Part shown: positions 11,116 through 25,336 of the stretch, one piece after another
How positions within the stretch are numbered: the stretch's first letter is position 1
Layout: each line of letters begins with the position of its first letter
DNA from: Asterias rubens
Lineage: Eukaryota
Reading direction: 5' to 3'
Assembly (NCBI RefSeq): GCF_902459465.1
Contig: NC_047070.1
Span: 15,748,001 to 15,812,000, forward strand
Length of the DNA: 64,000 nucleotides
Made by a program: the position numbers and the translations under genes
Notes under the pieces: model-generated
What the model was told of the DNA's origin: nothing
What the model saw: only the letters and a program-made list of their open reading frames with translations
The model's database searches: none

Positions 11116-14100
11116 GCAAGACCCTCAATTTAAATAAAATTTGACCTGAACAAAATGTATTCTTCTAAAACTCCCCATTGTTTTTGTCAACCTTTCTAAA
11201 GAAACTGAAGACAATGATATCCTCGACGGATGTTGAGTGTCTTTGACGGCTAGAGCGATCTGCAGTTCATGAGTAGAACTACCCATGTCACGATCATCAC
11301 ATATAGGACAAGGTGTCATATCTATGTCAAAGACTTCTTCTGATGGATTTCCTTCGATTTAACTGTCACTCCTCGGAACAGCGTGTGAGACGCTGCCGAT
11401 ACGCTATACCGAGGGGTGAACTGTATACATACCTAGCTTTAAATCATTCCAATCCTTTATAATTACTCGGTTGTGGGCTCCTTTTTTCCTCACCCAAACT
11501 TCTGAGGAAAATAAGAGGTGCAAGGGCGGAAACAATGACAGGAAAATCGAATAAGAAGGAAATGTGACGAACCGGATCCAATTTAGAAGGTGACGTAGTA
11601 CGAAGGGTTTTCGGGGCGAGATTCGGGTTGAAAGTCTTGATGATGCAAAGATTAAAAGGACTTGTTTTCATGGGTGACTTAAAATGCGAGTTCTCTAAAG
11701 ATACAGCAGATATCTTTACACTTCTTTTCTTATATCTGTAAGACAGTGAAGATGTGTTCAAGCAAGTAAAGCATCTTCAGGTGACGTCATTGGTTTTGGC
11801 AGTGACGTCATTTTAAAGTTGGTTTATTAATCACAGGTCGGTGAGTTCCGGACATTTACGATTCACGGAACTGAAAAGTAATCCGGTGGAAGTTACTGCA
11901 TGTTCGTCATTCAGTTGTGGATAACCATACCTTAATCACGGTGTGACAGCCATCGTCGGGTTACCTGTATACACACAGTGACAATGACTGTACAGATTCT
12001 TATTACTTGGGTTTGTAAAGACAATGTTATGCTACCAATAAAAACACAATTTTGTTTAAGTACTGTATAGTGATTGCTTTGTGTAATACGTTACTAAAAA
12101 CTCAGTTTTTGCACCATTCATTTATTTATTGGTCATATTGGTTTACCAATGATATTCTAAGAACTTATTGAAGTTAAAATTGCATACTCTTCTAAAACTA
12201 CCAGGTATGACGTCGCATATTACGTCAGTCGCGGCTGTAACTTTCAGGGTTGTTCAGTTTGCCTCCAAAAAGTCTCCCTAAACTGGGTCTCAACGCAATA
12301 AACTGCTATTCGTTTAGTTTGACCAATCAGTCGTGATGACATGTTCAATAATGATGGGGGTCGATACTCCCCGTTTTGTGACTCCCAATAGAACGATACC
12401 GAGTAATTATTAGCAACCAGTCCCGATCGAATTCGGTGCAGCGAACAAAACGTAATTGCAGCAGCATGCGTGGTGCTCTCGTTCCACCAGGCGTATACAA
12501 TACGAGGTTTAACAAAGAAACATCCACATAAAAATCAAATGATGTTACGTATTTGAATGCACATTTATGGATTGCTCCCGCGTTTTTTCCGATTCTTGGC
12601 GGGAACTGGGTCTGTTTTTGTGGCAGTTAAAACAAAAAACAGGTGAGCGAGAGGCGTTGCTATAGAGACAGGTAACCTACGGTTAACCGTAAGTTTCGAC
12701 CGTTGTTTGAACGTCCTTCAAAATGCTATAGCCGACTTTCAACGATCTGACACCAGACCTCGGAGTGATGGACGAAAACATGTAATTTACTTACAGACTA
12801 CTTTTGAATTACTCCATCTATGACAAAAATCTAAAAAGGATTGCGTCAAGTAATGCTTCATTTTTTACTTTTTGATAACCGCGTTTGTAAACGATGTGGT
12901 GGCACTTTAAGAAACTGGGGACATGTCATCGAGGGTTTGAATCTTAATGAGTAAGTTGAATGAAAAATTTAATTTAGATATGAGTCCATCCAACATACTC
13001 ATTTAAATGAATTTGATGGAATAACTGGATTTGAATATGAACGCTCTTGCTTTCTTACACATCAGATGATAACAGTACATCCAATGATCTCAAATTAAGG
13101 CCAGCACTTCATTCAGAAAACCCTTGTAATAAAGACCCATCAGGTCGTTAAATGACCGTTCGATTCCAGTATTTAATGTAGTCTAGTATAAATATCGACT
13201 GAATCCCTGCGTTACAAACCTGAACCCTTGCTCACACACCGCTCAAATCACATGCACGAAAACCCATGTAGAAAGTAAATAGATTCAGTAAAACCATATG
13301 TGATGATGTTGTGATCAACTTTCTGTACGGCTTACCATAGAGAAAGGACCTAACCTATAGACAAGATGTAAGTGATATTAATCACCACCTGTCACTTCTA
13401 AGGAGGTATAGATCTTACTACTGATATTACTGTTACTGTAAATGGCGCATATACCTCTCAACCCATAGTCGAGTGTGCTCAGCCAGCGACATTAAACCTG
13501 AACGACACTGATGTTGTTAGTGTCATTTATGTCCTATACGTTAGGATTTTAAATAATATCTATTTGGCTCATTATGTAGGTATCATGAAAACAGGTGTAT
13601 TTGATATGGGCCTCGGTGCCACAGTATATGGGCAACATTTCCAGCAAAGCTGGGTTACATTTATATGCATACATTTAGTTGTTGTTCATAAACAAAAAAT
13701 AATGGAGATTGATGTTCCATACCATTGCATTGCAGTCAATGTATTATCTTGGTGAGGATGTGTCTAATTGAAAATATTCTGAGTTTGATACCCAGACAAT
13801 TTTGATTGAAATATCCAGACAAATTTGATTGAAATTTAATTTGAAGAAGCACTTTATGAATTACTGAGAAATAATTTGGGGTTATATTAACTGTGTTTCA
13901 TTCAGACACAACCAACTGTGCATATCAATGCTCAAAGGGGTTGTTTATCACAACACCCTCTATTTGACTTTTCTCATGCAATATTCCTTTTTTCAAATTA
14001 TCATAGAGACTCTTTGAAGCCCCATTTTAAAAACTATAAATGGACTCCAAATTGAATTATGATTGTGAGACTGTTCTATTGTAAGAGCCCGTTGTTCGAT

Positions 14101-17100
14101 CGTTCACCGTGTTATAGTGACCAGTCCCTACCGTCTGATTGGTCCAAACAACGGGTGTTATTTGATGTTGCAGACTGGAGGTCGGTTGACGCCACCAAAA
14201 CCGATGACATGTGATTTCAGCCAGTTTTGGGCTAGTTTTTCATCGCGACCTCCTACGCATTATTCAATGTGTCTGTTTGGTTGTGGTGTGTACGTGGCTG
14301 ATGACAACTACACTGGAATTAATCATTGTCGAAAAGATTTTAACCATTCAGGAACTAAAAAAAAGGCACATATTAGTGAAAGGTTACGATGCCTCAACTG
14401 GCAGATATATTTGGGCCACCAAAAAGAAAGCAAAAAACCTTTACAATTGTTGTTGTTGACTGAACCACCTGCTGTAATGTCTTCTTTTTGACAGTTAGAC
14501 TAAAGAATAGATCTGAAAAGCCACGGGCTGTTCATTGATTTGATTATTTCCTTGAGGCAAGATAACTATGTTTAGAGAGGAGACACCTTGACTCCATTCA
14601 TGTTTTAAGAACATGTTGAAATGAAATTAAGAACAACATTTTAAAATGAAATTAAGCAGAGAAAACAACCAAGAGCTGTGTTTATATATTGAGCAAACCA
14701 GTTGCGCTTGAATTGTGCATTATGCAGTATCTGGTCATAATTTCTACTGTGGTTTGTTTACACTGAATAGAGCCAGGCCTCTTGTAAAAGCACTATATCT
14801 ATATTGAAATGCAAATTTCAATTTTTGCATAATCGAAGTTATTGTTTCACAGCCCATTCGATCGGAAACCCGGAAAAGCATGACAATCCACTCACGAAGA
14901 TTGCGGCATCTTTTCTCTCTCTTCTGGAAGTACTGGTTCACGCCCGGTCAATTTTCCTATTCACGGTATTCACCCCCTCGCACATGAATGCTCTAATGTG
15001 ATAAAATAATATTGTCACCCCATGGTGCGTTGCGTGTACTGCTTGACAGCCCCTCCATCATGTTCAATCCATGTTTTTAAAATGATTTTACTGAACGAAT
15101 CACATTTTGCGGACCAGTGAACCTATCATCGAATGATCTTTGCCTCTTCCGTCGCGTCCATTATTGTCAAAAACGGACAGAGGACTTACAACTCTGATAA
15201 ATTTCTAGTGCTTGAGAACACGCCATGTCAATTTAGCTTCATTCTGTGGATTATTAATGCGTTACAGAGCAGTATCAACCTCACCTCAAGAGTCCACTTT
15301 GTCTTGAACAATATTTAATCATCTCACGCGCGCGGGAAAATACTCACACTGTGTGTCTTTATATCGGCGGCACGTGGAGGGATTTAGCGCAGGACTATGT
15401 GAATGTAACGTGGTTTATTGTTTTTAGAGGATCAGCATTTGGCACGGATGTTTGCCGTTGGAAAAAAAGCATTGAACCAATACTAAAGCGATTTCATTCT
15501 AATTCTGGTGCTCACATTTTCAAAGTTGTTTCGTGCTCGAAATTTGCTCGTGGCATCCATCAGTGAATGAGATCTTTGCCTTTTACCGTTCGTCAGCGTT
15601 CACTTCTCGAAACGAAAGAAAATGAGAAAGATCGTCAGGTTTGAAAACAGCCCTTTGAGTTTTGTTCGGATAGGCCTATAAATTGTGGAGGAAAAGCTGC
15701 ACCTTTAAATCAAGATGAGATATTGAATGAAATGTAGTACTAAGGTATTATTTAATTGTGTTCATGTCCCTATAACACTTGCAATTATTACCAATATCAT
15801 AGGATCGCATGTTGTATGTATAATCAGTCTATATGTAAACAAGACCGCCAAGCGATCGGTAACGACCAACATGCAAACCAATTATCATCTGAATCAAGTG
15901 CATTGTTTCTGAGGGCCATATAGGCCTACTCTTTAAAAAGATCTAACCGCTTAATAATTCCATGTTTATATTAATATCAAAGAATGGTGCTAATTTTATT
16001 GGCCGAACCTAGTGTTACTTCAACACTCTCTGTTTTAGCCATTGATTCATGTTTATACGTGGTGTCAATTTTAACACCCTAGTGTTGTAGTGTGAATATT
16101 CTCAACCAAATGTTGTGTGGATTTAGCCTTCGTGGAGAACAAGCAAATGTCATTGGCCAACAAAGACTAATTAACAATTACTTTCATGAGCATTCCCTTC
16201 TCAACCCATAGATGGAAACAAAGCCCATTTCCCCCATCAAATACCACATCAATAATCCGGTGATCACCAATCTGACGAAGGCCTCGCTAATAAATACCAG
16301 GGGGTATCGCGATAGAAATTGGCTTCACGAATTATTGATTCGGACGAGTACCAAACCGAGCCATATTAACAGCGGGGCCCATGCGCTGACTGGACGGTAT
16401 CAACGCTGCCCTTTCACAACCCAATCCACAAACCAACCCCCATCCCAACTCCAAATATTTAATACTGGGATAGTTCCGGAAGGAAATGTGTAATTACCAG
16501 GACTCGCAATCCAGTCCTCTCTCTGCCTAAACTAATAACGAGGCATACACAGAAGCTATTGGTAGTTCGCCCCTGCAGGTTTTTTTTCTTAGCCATACAA
16601 ATTGTTGTTGGGAGGAGTTAATTAAGTCGATGTGACAACTGGCTTGGCTGGATGATTAAGACTTCAAAGTTTGTGCCAAACTCACTGTGGGAATTCTTGC
16701 CACGTTATTATTTGCAGCGCATGTCAAGTGATATCTTCTTCTTTTTCTGGCACCTCGAACAATGTACATGAATACGGAGACTGCCACAATGGGGCTAGAG
16801 AGTCCGGTTGCGGAGAACACCGGAACGTCAATTAATACGTTGGCAGGTTCACTTCCCGCTGTAGTACATTTTTCTCGGTTCATCCAAAATATTATGTTGA
16901 GTTATCAGACTTATTGGGAACACTGTAACACAGAGACAATGGCTGTTGTCCCATAGTATTGGCCTTGGTGCCCCTTAAATGTTCCCGTATACTTCAAGAA
17001 ATCCGTTGGAGTGCCCTATGAAACAAATGAAAATTGTCTTGTCCTTTCAAAGATAACAGTTAACCCCTCACGTGAAACTTGTTCAGGGTTGTTCATCAAA

Positions 17101-20100
17101 CTATGATTAAAACAGGTTCAACCAAAGTCTCCATTTTTCATGAAGTAGATGTTATTGTGTCGTTTTAATAACGTGCACGTCTCTTTAGTTGGTTAACACA
17201 TTTAAGCAAGCAAAACAACAAAATGTTCTTATAAACATCTGTGATGTGTTCCTTTCAAATTTATGTGGCGTTTTACAAGAATAACCTATATTTAGACGTC
17301 CGTCTCTTTTGCTATTTCTCAATATTGGATACCTGAGTATTTCCACCGCACGGAAAAGGAGGTCAGAGATGTCTGGAGTCGTGTGGGCCACTCTTATTGA
17401 GACTTTGTTTCTTCCTTACTCCTTACATGATCGTCTTCATCATGAGACAACAGCCGAGATTTATATCCGCAGCCCCCACCGGCCAAAGACGCAACTCTTC
17501 CGTTGTTGGCGCGCATTGCTACATAATATCCCCCCTTGTTGACATATTTATTGCCTCGTTTACCACGGTTAATATAAAATAGTGACATTTGTCATATTGG
17601 CAGGCTTTGAACAGCCCCCTGGGTTTAATGATAAAGGAAGATCGCCCAGTACCTTCATGCTTGCGTAGTATGACCATGGATAGGTAACGTGACAATGAGT
17701 TATCACCCATGTTGTTCAATTGTCACTCTCCATCGTAGGGTAACATTTTCAGTGTTTTTTAATAGAATGCCTTATTGCGATGTTTGTTGATCTGCGAGGT
17801 ATGATGAGTCTCAGACCACTAACCCAGAACTGCCATTGACTGATAAAGAGTAGACTATCCAGAACATGAAATGGTGTTGATGTTTGTCAGATCACTGTGG
17901 TGTGTAGCTCATGAACTACATGAAAAACAGCACAATTTGATGACATTACCGTTGACCCCCTAATAAGACCTTATTTCTCTGTCAACGAATCAACTGGGCT
18001 CTACATCTTCTAAGGTATCTTTCCAACTTGTTTCCTACCAACACTCATTTCTCAATTCTTTGCGAAGTGTTTAGATGGATGCTGCGGTGTGTTGCTGCTG
18101 TGATGTTGTTGCTGTTACGCAGCGACTATTTATGGCTATATGATAGTGAATCGGGGTTATGGTTGCTTCATTTGTACATGTTGGGGCTCCATTTTGTTTT
18201 TTTCAATTTGACAATTTAAATAGGTATTTTCTTAAGAAGGCAATATTTAACTAACACTTTTAGTTTGAGACACAGACCTACAAGGTCAAACCGGAAATAT
18301 TCTCCAGTTAAATGTTCACAAACTTCCCAATTTTGATCAAACATACAGTCAGAGGAAGAAGACTTTGTATAACTTATAGTTGCACCTCTGTAGGGGTTGC
18401 CCATCGATCGCCAAGGAAGTGAGCAGTGATCTGTAAATCCCAAGGATTGCTGCCGTCCCTAGCGTGTTTTTATAACTGAGTAATTTCACAGCGTGTTGGC
18501 GAATCGGAGCACTCATGCGTTTTATCAAACTTGTCCATCTGTGAAAAGGAACCAATTAGAGTTATGAACCAAAACAAGTTGATACAAACCTGTAAAATAT
18601 TAATATAAAAAAAGACAAATCCTAGTTATTCTCGGTGATGTTTTTTCAGTCCAGACTAATACATCGGTTATAAATTGGCGTATATCGAACTGTATAAATC
18701 AATTAAATGTCTTAATTGTTCACTTGCGGAAGTTTCATTAATACAACACATCGGCTATGATTCCATAATGTACCATTTAATTGTGAAGTTGTACATTGAT
18801 TAATTCTTTCCTATTCACTTACCACGAAATATTGTCTGCGAAAATAACTCAACCCGCAGGGGGTTTGTTTTGTTTACTCATATAATTATTTCGAACACGT
18901 CGATGCTTCAACAAAAATCATCCCCTATGGAACTAGTAGTAAATAAAACTTCATTTTAAGAAATTATTATGGTAGAATAGCAAAACAGAGTACTCATCGA
19001 TGAGTAACTGATAGCCGTATTAGTATGATAGATAGTATAAGAACAAAAGGTAGTAGAGCACTGAACAAAATAACTTAAGTACATACAAAAAACTGCATAA
19101 GCTTTCGTAGCAAAAACTACTACCATTGCATCTCATGATGCTTCACTACACACTTCCTTTTGATTTGTAGTAAACTGATCTATCTTGTTCGGAAGTTATC
19201 ACAAAGTGAGGCATCAGATTTTTATTTTTTTATTTCATATCCATATCATTCTGTCCGCGAACTGAGTTTTCGTCTCGTCCCTGATGACGTCACATCACGT
19301 TACTCTGATGAGATAATAAGGCGAACATTTCTAAGATAAGTCAATTTCCAACAGTTCAAGTTATACTCATGGATTAACCCTTTAAGATTATATGTGAATA
19401 ATAAATAACGCTCCCCTTTACGAAATCTTGAAATAAATCACATGAATACCACGTACTTTTCGCCAACTTTCGGGGAACGACCACACAAATTATCCCAGCA
19501 CCATTAATCGGATATGAGATTGGAGCACAACATCTTCAGATTTCAATCTAAAAAACAATCCATAAAAAGAAGATGCAATTCTCTGCTCCTGCGGCTATAC
19601 AGTGAGGCAAGATTTCCCACGGGGATCAAGCTGTCCATCGGGGGCAGTACGCCCCCGCCCCTTCCCCCATCCCCCACATGATGTGTTTTTGTGTTGGTCC
19701 TTTAGACCAAAACAGATACCCTAGAGCTATATAGAGTCAAAATTAAACTAACACGAATAAAAACCTGGATTGGGTACTATCTAGTGGTGTAATATACAGG
19801 ACAAGCCAGCTGTGTAGAGCGAGGATCTTACTCATCCTGAACCCATCTCCGGCCGGTCTGCCCTGGGAGCAATCTTCATAAGATGAGGATACCTGATTAA
19901 AGGTTCGCCCTGCCCTAACGTCGGCTCGTTTGTACCTGTATTGTGGTTGCCCCTCGAGCAGTACATCGTCCCTGCTTTCACATCCGAATGAGAAGCTTGT
20001 AAATGGGCATCAGGATCCAATTCAGTAAAACGCTGACAGGGTTTTTGCAAACCGCTATTTTTCTTTGCAAATAGTCTAGTTTTGTGGGACTATTAAGAAG

Positions 20101-20639
20101 GTATTTTCCATGTGTATGCTGTGAGGGTACGGATGAACTTTACAATATCGGGCAGGAGCTGACGATCGGGGCACGGATGAGACAAGCTTGACACGTGTTG
20201 CTTAAATAATCGCAATTAAGAACTTGTTCAAGATGGTTACTCTATCGATAAGAAAAACAAAAGAATTCAAGATGTAGGCTGAATATTTATGGAGAAATAA
20301 CCAAAAGGCATTTATGTTTTTCACCTGTAGGTATGAAATTTGAATTGTTTGATACAATTTCTTTCCACGTTGATATAGTAGTCATCCGTCACGAAATAAA
20401 AGGACAAGATTATAAACAGTTTAAACTTAAATCCGATTCATCGAACTTGTTTGTACCGTAGAGATTTGTATAACTTCTTATTGGAGCCCCATGTGTGAGG
20501 TGTCTGTGACGTCGTCATTGGCGAAATGGATTAAGTTCAGGTGTAGCCCTACATATGTGTTACGATATGGTGGTAGAAAATCGAAACTTTAAACCCGAAG
20601 CCTTTTTTCGGCATCTGAAAGCGACTTTTTCGGCATCTG

Positions 20640-20819
20640 AAAAACGCATAAATTAATTTGTGCTACGAGGCTGTTCTTTTCTTTTAATATTCTCTCTTGC
20701 AACTTCGATGACCAACTAAGTCAAAATTGTCAATGACGTGTTATTTGATCCATACTGTTGGGATGAACCAAGTAAAAAAAATGTCTTTGACAATTACCAA
20801 AGGTAAACGGTGCCTTTAA
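20640..20819. mobile_element. MITE family A, decayed right half
   Basis: Ends GTCTTTGACAATTACCAAAGG...TGCCTTTAA, like the end of 5163-5541. Confidence 0.6.
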
Positions 20820-21355
20820 ATGCCCAAATTGTAGCTGGATTCTTAAGCAAACATCCAGGTATACTCAGAAACGAGTTTTTGATTCCATCGATTAACGGTA
20901 CGTTGGTTATCATCCGGCTTGTTAGGAATGTACAAAGTATTAACAGGAAACCAATCAACTATCGATGGGTTTAATAATCTACTCAGTGTTTTTAACTTTA
21001 GTCCCACTGAACTGCATATAAGCTTCTCAATGGTAAAGACCGACCTTGCATCACCCAACATGTAATTCTCTCTAATTACATTATATTGCGTATACAAAAG
21101 AAATGCTCGGTTGAAAGAGAAATGAACCTGCAGAAATGCTCAGGAACCCTGAAGTAACTGACTTAGACTTCGCTGCAATAAAATCAAATATATTTTTTTG
21201 CTCAGTGCGACCATAACGTGTATGCAATGAAAGACTATATCTACAGCATACACTCATTGGAGTGTGTGAATTTAATAACCCCGGGCTTTGAACCATAGCG
21301 TGCTATTCAGATGGCACATTCTTGTTGTACTTGTGTGGAATTTAATTATAAATTT

Positions 21356-21487
21356 GGAAAAGTTTCCGTATGGCGCCACCACTTTTTCATTCGATATAAA
21401 ATAATATAGGAACTTATTTACCTGATTGATATATCCCTTTTTGTAAAAATGAGTGAAAAAGTGGTGGCGCCATACGGAAAGTTATCC
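21356..21487. mobile_element. Short MITE with TTTCCGTATGGCGCCACCAC TIRs and an 8-bp TSD (hAT-like)
   Basis: ATAAATTT is directly repeated at 21348-21355 and 21488-21495; second copy at 59817-59958. Confidence 0.75.
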
Positions 21488-22494
21488 ATAAATTTGCTTA
21501 ATTTATGAAATGATTCTACATTATGTTTTGTCCGTCCTTATTGTCAATTGATAACAGGTTTGTTGTGATTTTGCATTATAATCTAGTATTCACCGTAGAC
21601 AAAGACTTCTGATATCAGCATATTATTGTAATTTAAATTATTTATTCATTTCAAATATTTCTGGTTCCGGTAATGAAACAAAGGGATAGCTAGATTTGTA
21701 TAAGAAGTAAAAACCCTACATTAAAATAGCACGAATCTTGACCCGTATGTAACATAAGGTAATTTGCGAACACGAAACAAAAACAACCAATCAACTAAAA
21801 ACACAGCACTGGTCAGTCACTGAACCTTACCAAGATCTTGATCTCTTGTATCTGATTGTAATCATCCTGATCTAGAACTAGCTCCTGATCCTCGAGTTTG
21901 ATTGAAATTAATACTAAATCAACAAATAATATCAAATCTTACTTCTCAAATCTAATTCTCATTTAATGTAATGGTGGCTTGGAATGACGCATCTTACTTG
22001 TATCTCTGATAGTTAAAACCAGAAATAGTTTGCAAGATTGTTGTGTCACTGGCAATCCAACTTCTTGTTATTCTCTCAAGTGTGGAAATATTGACCCAAG
22101 ACATCCTGTAGTATTCTTAACTCATTACGGAGTTCGTGCAGACCATCCATCACGAGGGATGGGCGCGTAGTCTTCAGCTCAAGTCGCTCTGTTTCTGTTT
22201 GCTCAAGGTTCCGCGATATTCAATGGCAGCCTGTACTTTGGATGCCCCCCCCCCCTCCTCCGGAAGAACCAGCCAAACACAGCGCTTCATCTACCGTTCT
22301 GATGAGATTTCCATTCAGTAGCGATGTATGGCTTGCGAGTCTTTAATAAAGTGTCCAACATCTCTCTTACTTTTCACAGATCAATCAGAACGGGTATAAT
22401 TTGTTGGATAATACCACAGGGCTTACCTTTATAACATGGGTGTGTTCTTGTCTCTTTTGAATGTGGCAGGGGGATCAATATGAAAATGGTTATC

Positions 22495-22970
22495 GTTGTT
22501 CCCTTTGTCTTCATGCGATTGTGATGTTGTCTTTCTTATTTTGGTTCTAAGGTTTACTACAGTACACCAGGTCTTTGTTATGTTCTTATCACAATAAGGA
22601 GAATGAAGGTATTAATCTTGCACTGTGGTGGGAGCTATGAGGGATCAGATTGAAATGATTGTTTCCTTTGTCTTCATGCGATTGTGATGTTGTCTTTCTT
22701 ATTTTGGTTCTTAGGTTTACTACAGTACACCAGGTCTTTGTTATGTTCTTATCACAATAAGGAGAATGAAGGTATTAATCTTGCACTGTGGTGGGAGCTA
22801 TGAGGGATCAGATTGAAATGATTGTTTCCTTTGTCTTCATGCGATTAAGTTGATGTTTTCCTGATGTTTTTTCCTTATTTTTGGTTCTTAGGTTTACTAC
22901 AGTACATCAGGTCTTTACTTTGGTCTTATCATTTGGGATAATAAAGGTACCTGTCATTGTGGGAGCTGTA
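22495..22970. repeat. Tandem repeat, ~3 copies of 163 bp
   Basis: CCTTTGTCTTCATGCGATT at 22502, 22665 and 22828; the third copy is diverged. Confidence 0.9.
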
Positions 22971-24956
22971 GAAATAATCAATATTAACAATATTAGATAG
23001 GCATCCATAGCGGTCTGTAGTCTGGGTGACATAAAGAACTTTGCATGAATCAAAAATGTTCTCTCGATTTACTCGTGGTCAAACTACCACTTTCCTTTCT
23101 GCTTTCCTGCATGTTTTTATACACAAGGACGAGAGACTAAGCTATGAAAAAGAAAAACTCAAATTGTCTTAATGGTTCAAATATAGTTCTTATAACCATC
23201 ATAAGCACCGTCTAGAAATTATAGTTTTGAAAGGCAATAAATGTATTTAACACCTCGGTTTGCATATCATTTGTTTATAAAGTATGCAAAATCTCGTACT
23301 CGGAGACCGAAGTACTTGGTATTCAACTGTTTGACTTTTTTGTCACATACTACAGTAACGCTTCTCAGATTCAGATTTGGGGGGTTAAAAAAACATATTT
23401 ATATATTTTGTTAAATGACCACCTTACTTGGAAGCAAAATGTTTCTCAACATGCTTTATATTATCGAAAGCTGATGTATAGGCTTCTAACCAAAAGTTTG
23501 ACTTTCCATTAATTTAGAGAGTTTTTACCAGACGTATATACCTTCCCTTTAAATGGAAAGACTGTAATTGTTAACTTGGGGTTTCCATGTGATGTACACA
23601 AAGCAATCATAATCTTAGAGTACCCAACTGCTATTTCATTACTTACCCTTTTAAGCTATCAGTGACTATTTCCTGAAGTCTCCGTCAATTGAACGGGTCT
23701 GGTACCCAGTCTTCTAAAATGCAAAGTTCCGTTTAACGACCACATTTATTCATGTTTCTGGTTCATTTTTATGGCCGACATAAGTTGCAACCAGACTACC
23801 CGCAGTGTTTAATATCATAGGGACCATAATTTTGACTTTATATAGACTGTATCAAATTAACTTTTTACTCAAAAGAAGTCTATGAATATTTCATTACAAA
23901 CTGAACCCATGGTTCGACTGACCTTAAAGTCATGCTCAATACAGAATAGATTCTTTAGAATAGAAATTGTTTGATCAAGATCTCCAGAGTCAGAAATGAC
24001 GCCTAACCCACTTCAAGGTTAAGCTTCTGTGTCAATTTGATTCGTTTCGGGTAATTTTGACACTGATCCCGGGTCAATCTGACCCAGAAATCGGACGAAA
24101 TCCATGGTCGCCCAAGAAAGTATCGTTTTGCAGTTTTAACAAAACAAAACATGATTGTTTGAAGAAACCTGGAACATGTTTCAGAGCCAACACTCCCTCA
24201 AAAGAGATTTTACACATGTTTTCCACCGCTATTCTACTATTTATATTTATAATTTATATTTATAGTTATTCTTATGTATTTGTGCTTAGAGCTTTGCCGA
24301 GGCTTGAGTGCTTGGTGGTCTGTATAGACATCCATTGCTGTGAATATTGGTTGTCATGTTCTTTAAGAATAAATAAACAACTTGATTATAACTTGATGAT
24401 TGATCTCACTACCTTCTCACTATAGTCTTATATAAGAAGAACGTCTGTAATATTACATCAATTATGCATGAAGTGAATTGCAAATCGAATGGAAGTCCCG
24501 AGATATCACAATGATTATTCTGGAATTAGATATTTCCCAATGGATATATACTGTCTTGTCGAAGATACATTCAAATGTGTGATGTAAGAATGGATTTACA
24601 GGAGTTGAATTTGTATTCACTTTGTTTAGTGTGTGATATGTAAAGAATACAGCTCTTAGTCTTAGCTGCCCAAGATTCGTATCTTGTTCGACCTTGGGCG
24701 TTATACATAAATTATTTCTTGAAGTCCTTACACAACCCCGAAATTGTTGTTATAAGTAATAAGTAACAAGTTACTTTCCTCAATAAAAATGACTGACATT
24801 AACTCCTTATGTTTTGACGGTGACAGAATTATGAAAGAGACTGATGTTAAAATCGTCAAGCTGTTGACGGTGACAGGAATATCGTGTGGGATCGAATAAT
24901 CTTGAACTGTTTGCCTCATACAGAATGAATCTTCATCAAAATCAGACAAACCTTAA

Positions 24957-25336
24957 AGCCAGTGGATACTATTGGTAATTGTCAAAGACCAGTCTTCTCA
25001 CTTAATGTATCTCAACATATGCATAAAATAACAAACCTGTGAAAATTTGAGCTCGATTGGTCGTCGGAGTTGCGAGATAACTATGAAAGAAAGAAAAAAC
25101 CTTGTCACACGAAGTTGTGTGCTTTTAGATGCTTGATTTCGATACCTCAAATTATAAATTTGAGGTTTCGAAATCAAATTCGTGGAAAATTACTTCCTTC
25201 TCTAAAACTACGTCACTTCAGAGGGAGCCGTTTCTCACAATGTTTTATACCATCAACCTCTCCCTATTACTCGTTACCAAGTGAGGTTTTATGCTAATAA
25301 TTATTTTAAGTAATTACCAATAGTGTCCACTGCCTT
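24957..25336. mobile_element. MITE family A copy, opposite orientation to 5163-5541
   Basis: Near reverse complement of 5163-5541 along its whole length; left TTAA at 24953-24956. Confidence 0.85.

Noticed and set aside
12681-12730. Possible second hammerhead on the minus strand (TTGAAG-GACGTT...AACGGTC-GAAAC-TTA)
   Set aside because: The CUGANGA box is broken and there is no stem I; at best a decayed relic.
19280-19330. CTGATGA motifs suggesting hammerheads (also near 58725)
   Set aside because: No GAAA box closing a paired stem II.
14700-20100. Many 60-95 aa ORFs on both strands
   Set aside because: No homology, splice context or coding-like pattern; expected by chance with alternative start codons allowed.
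20843-21296. Minus-strand ORFs with YIPNKP, resembling a piggyBac transposase motif
   Set aside because: The flanking catalytic Asp context and KYGIK motif are absent in all frames checked; likely chance.
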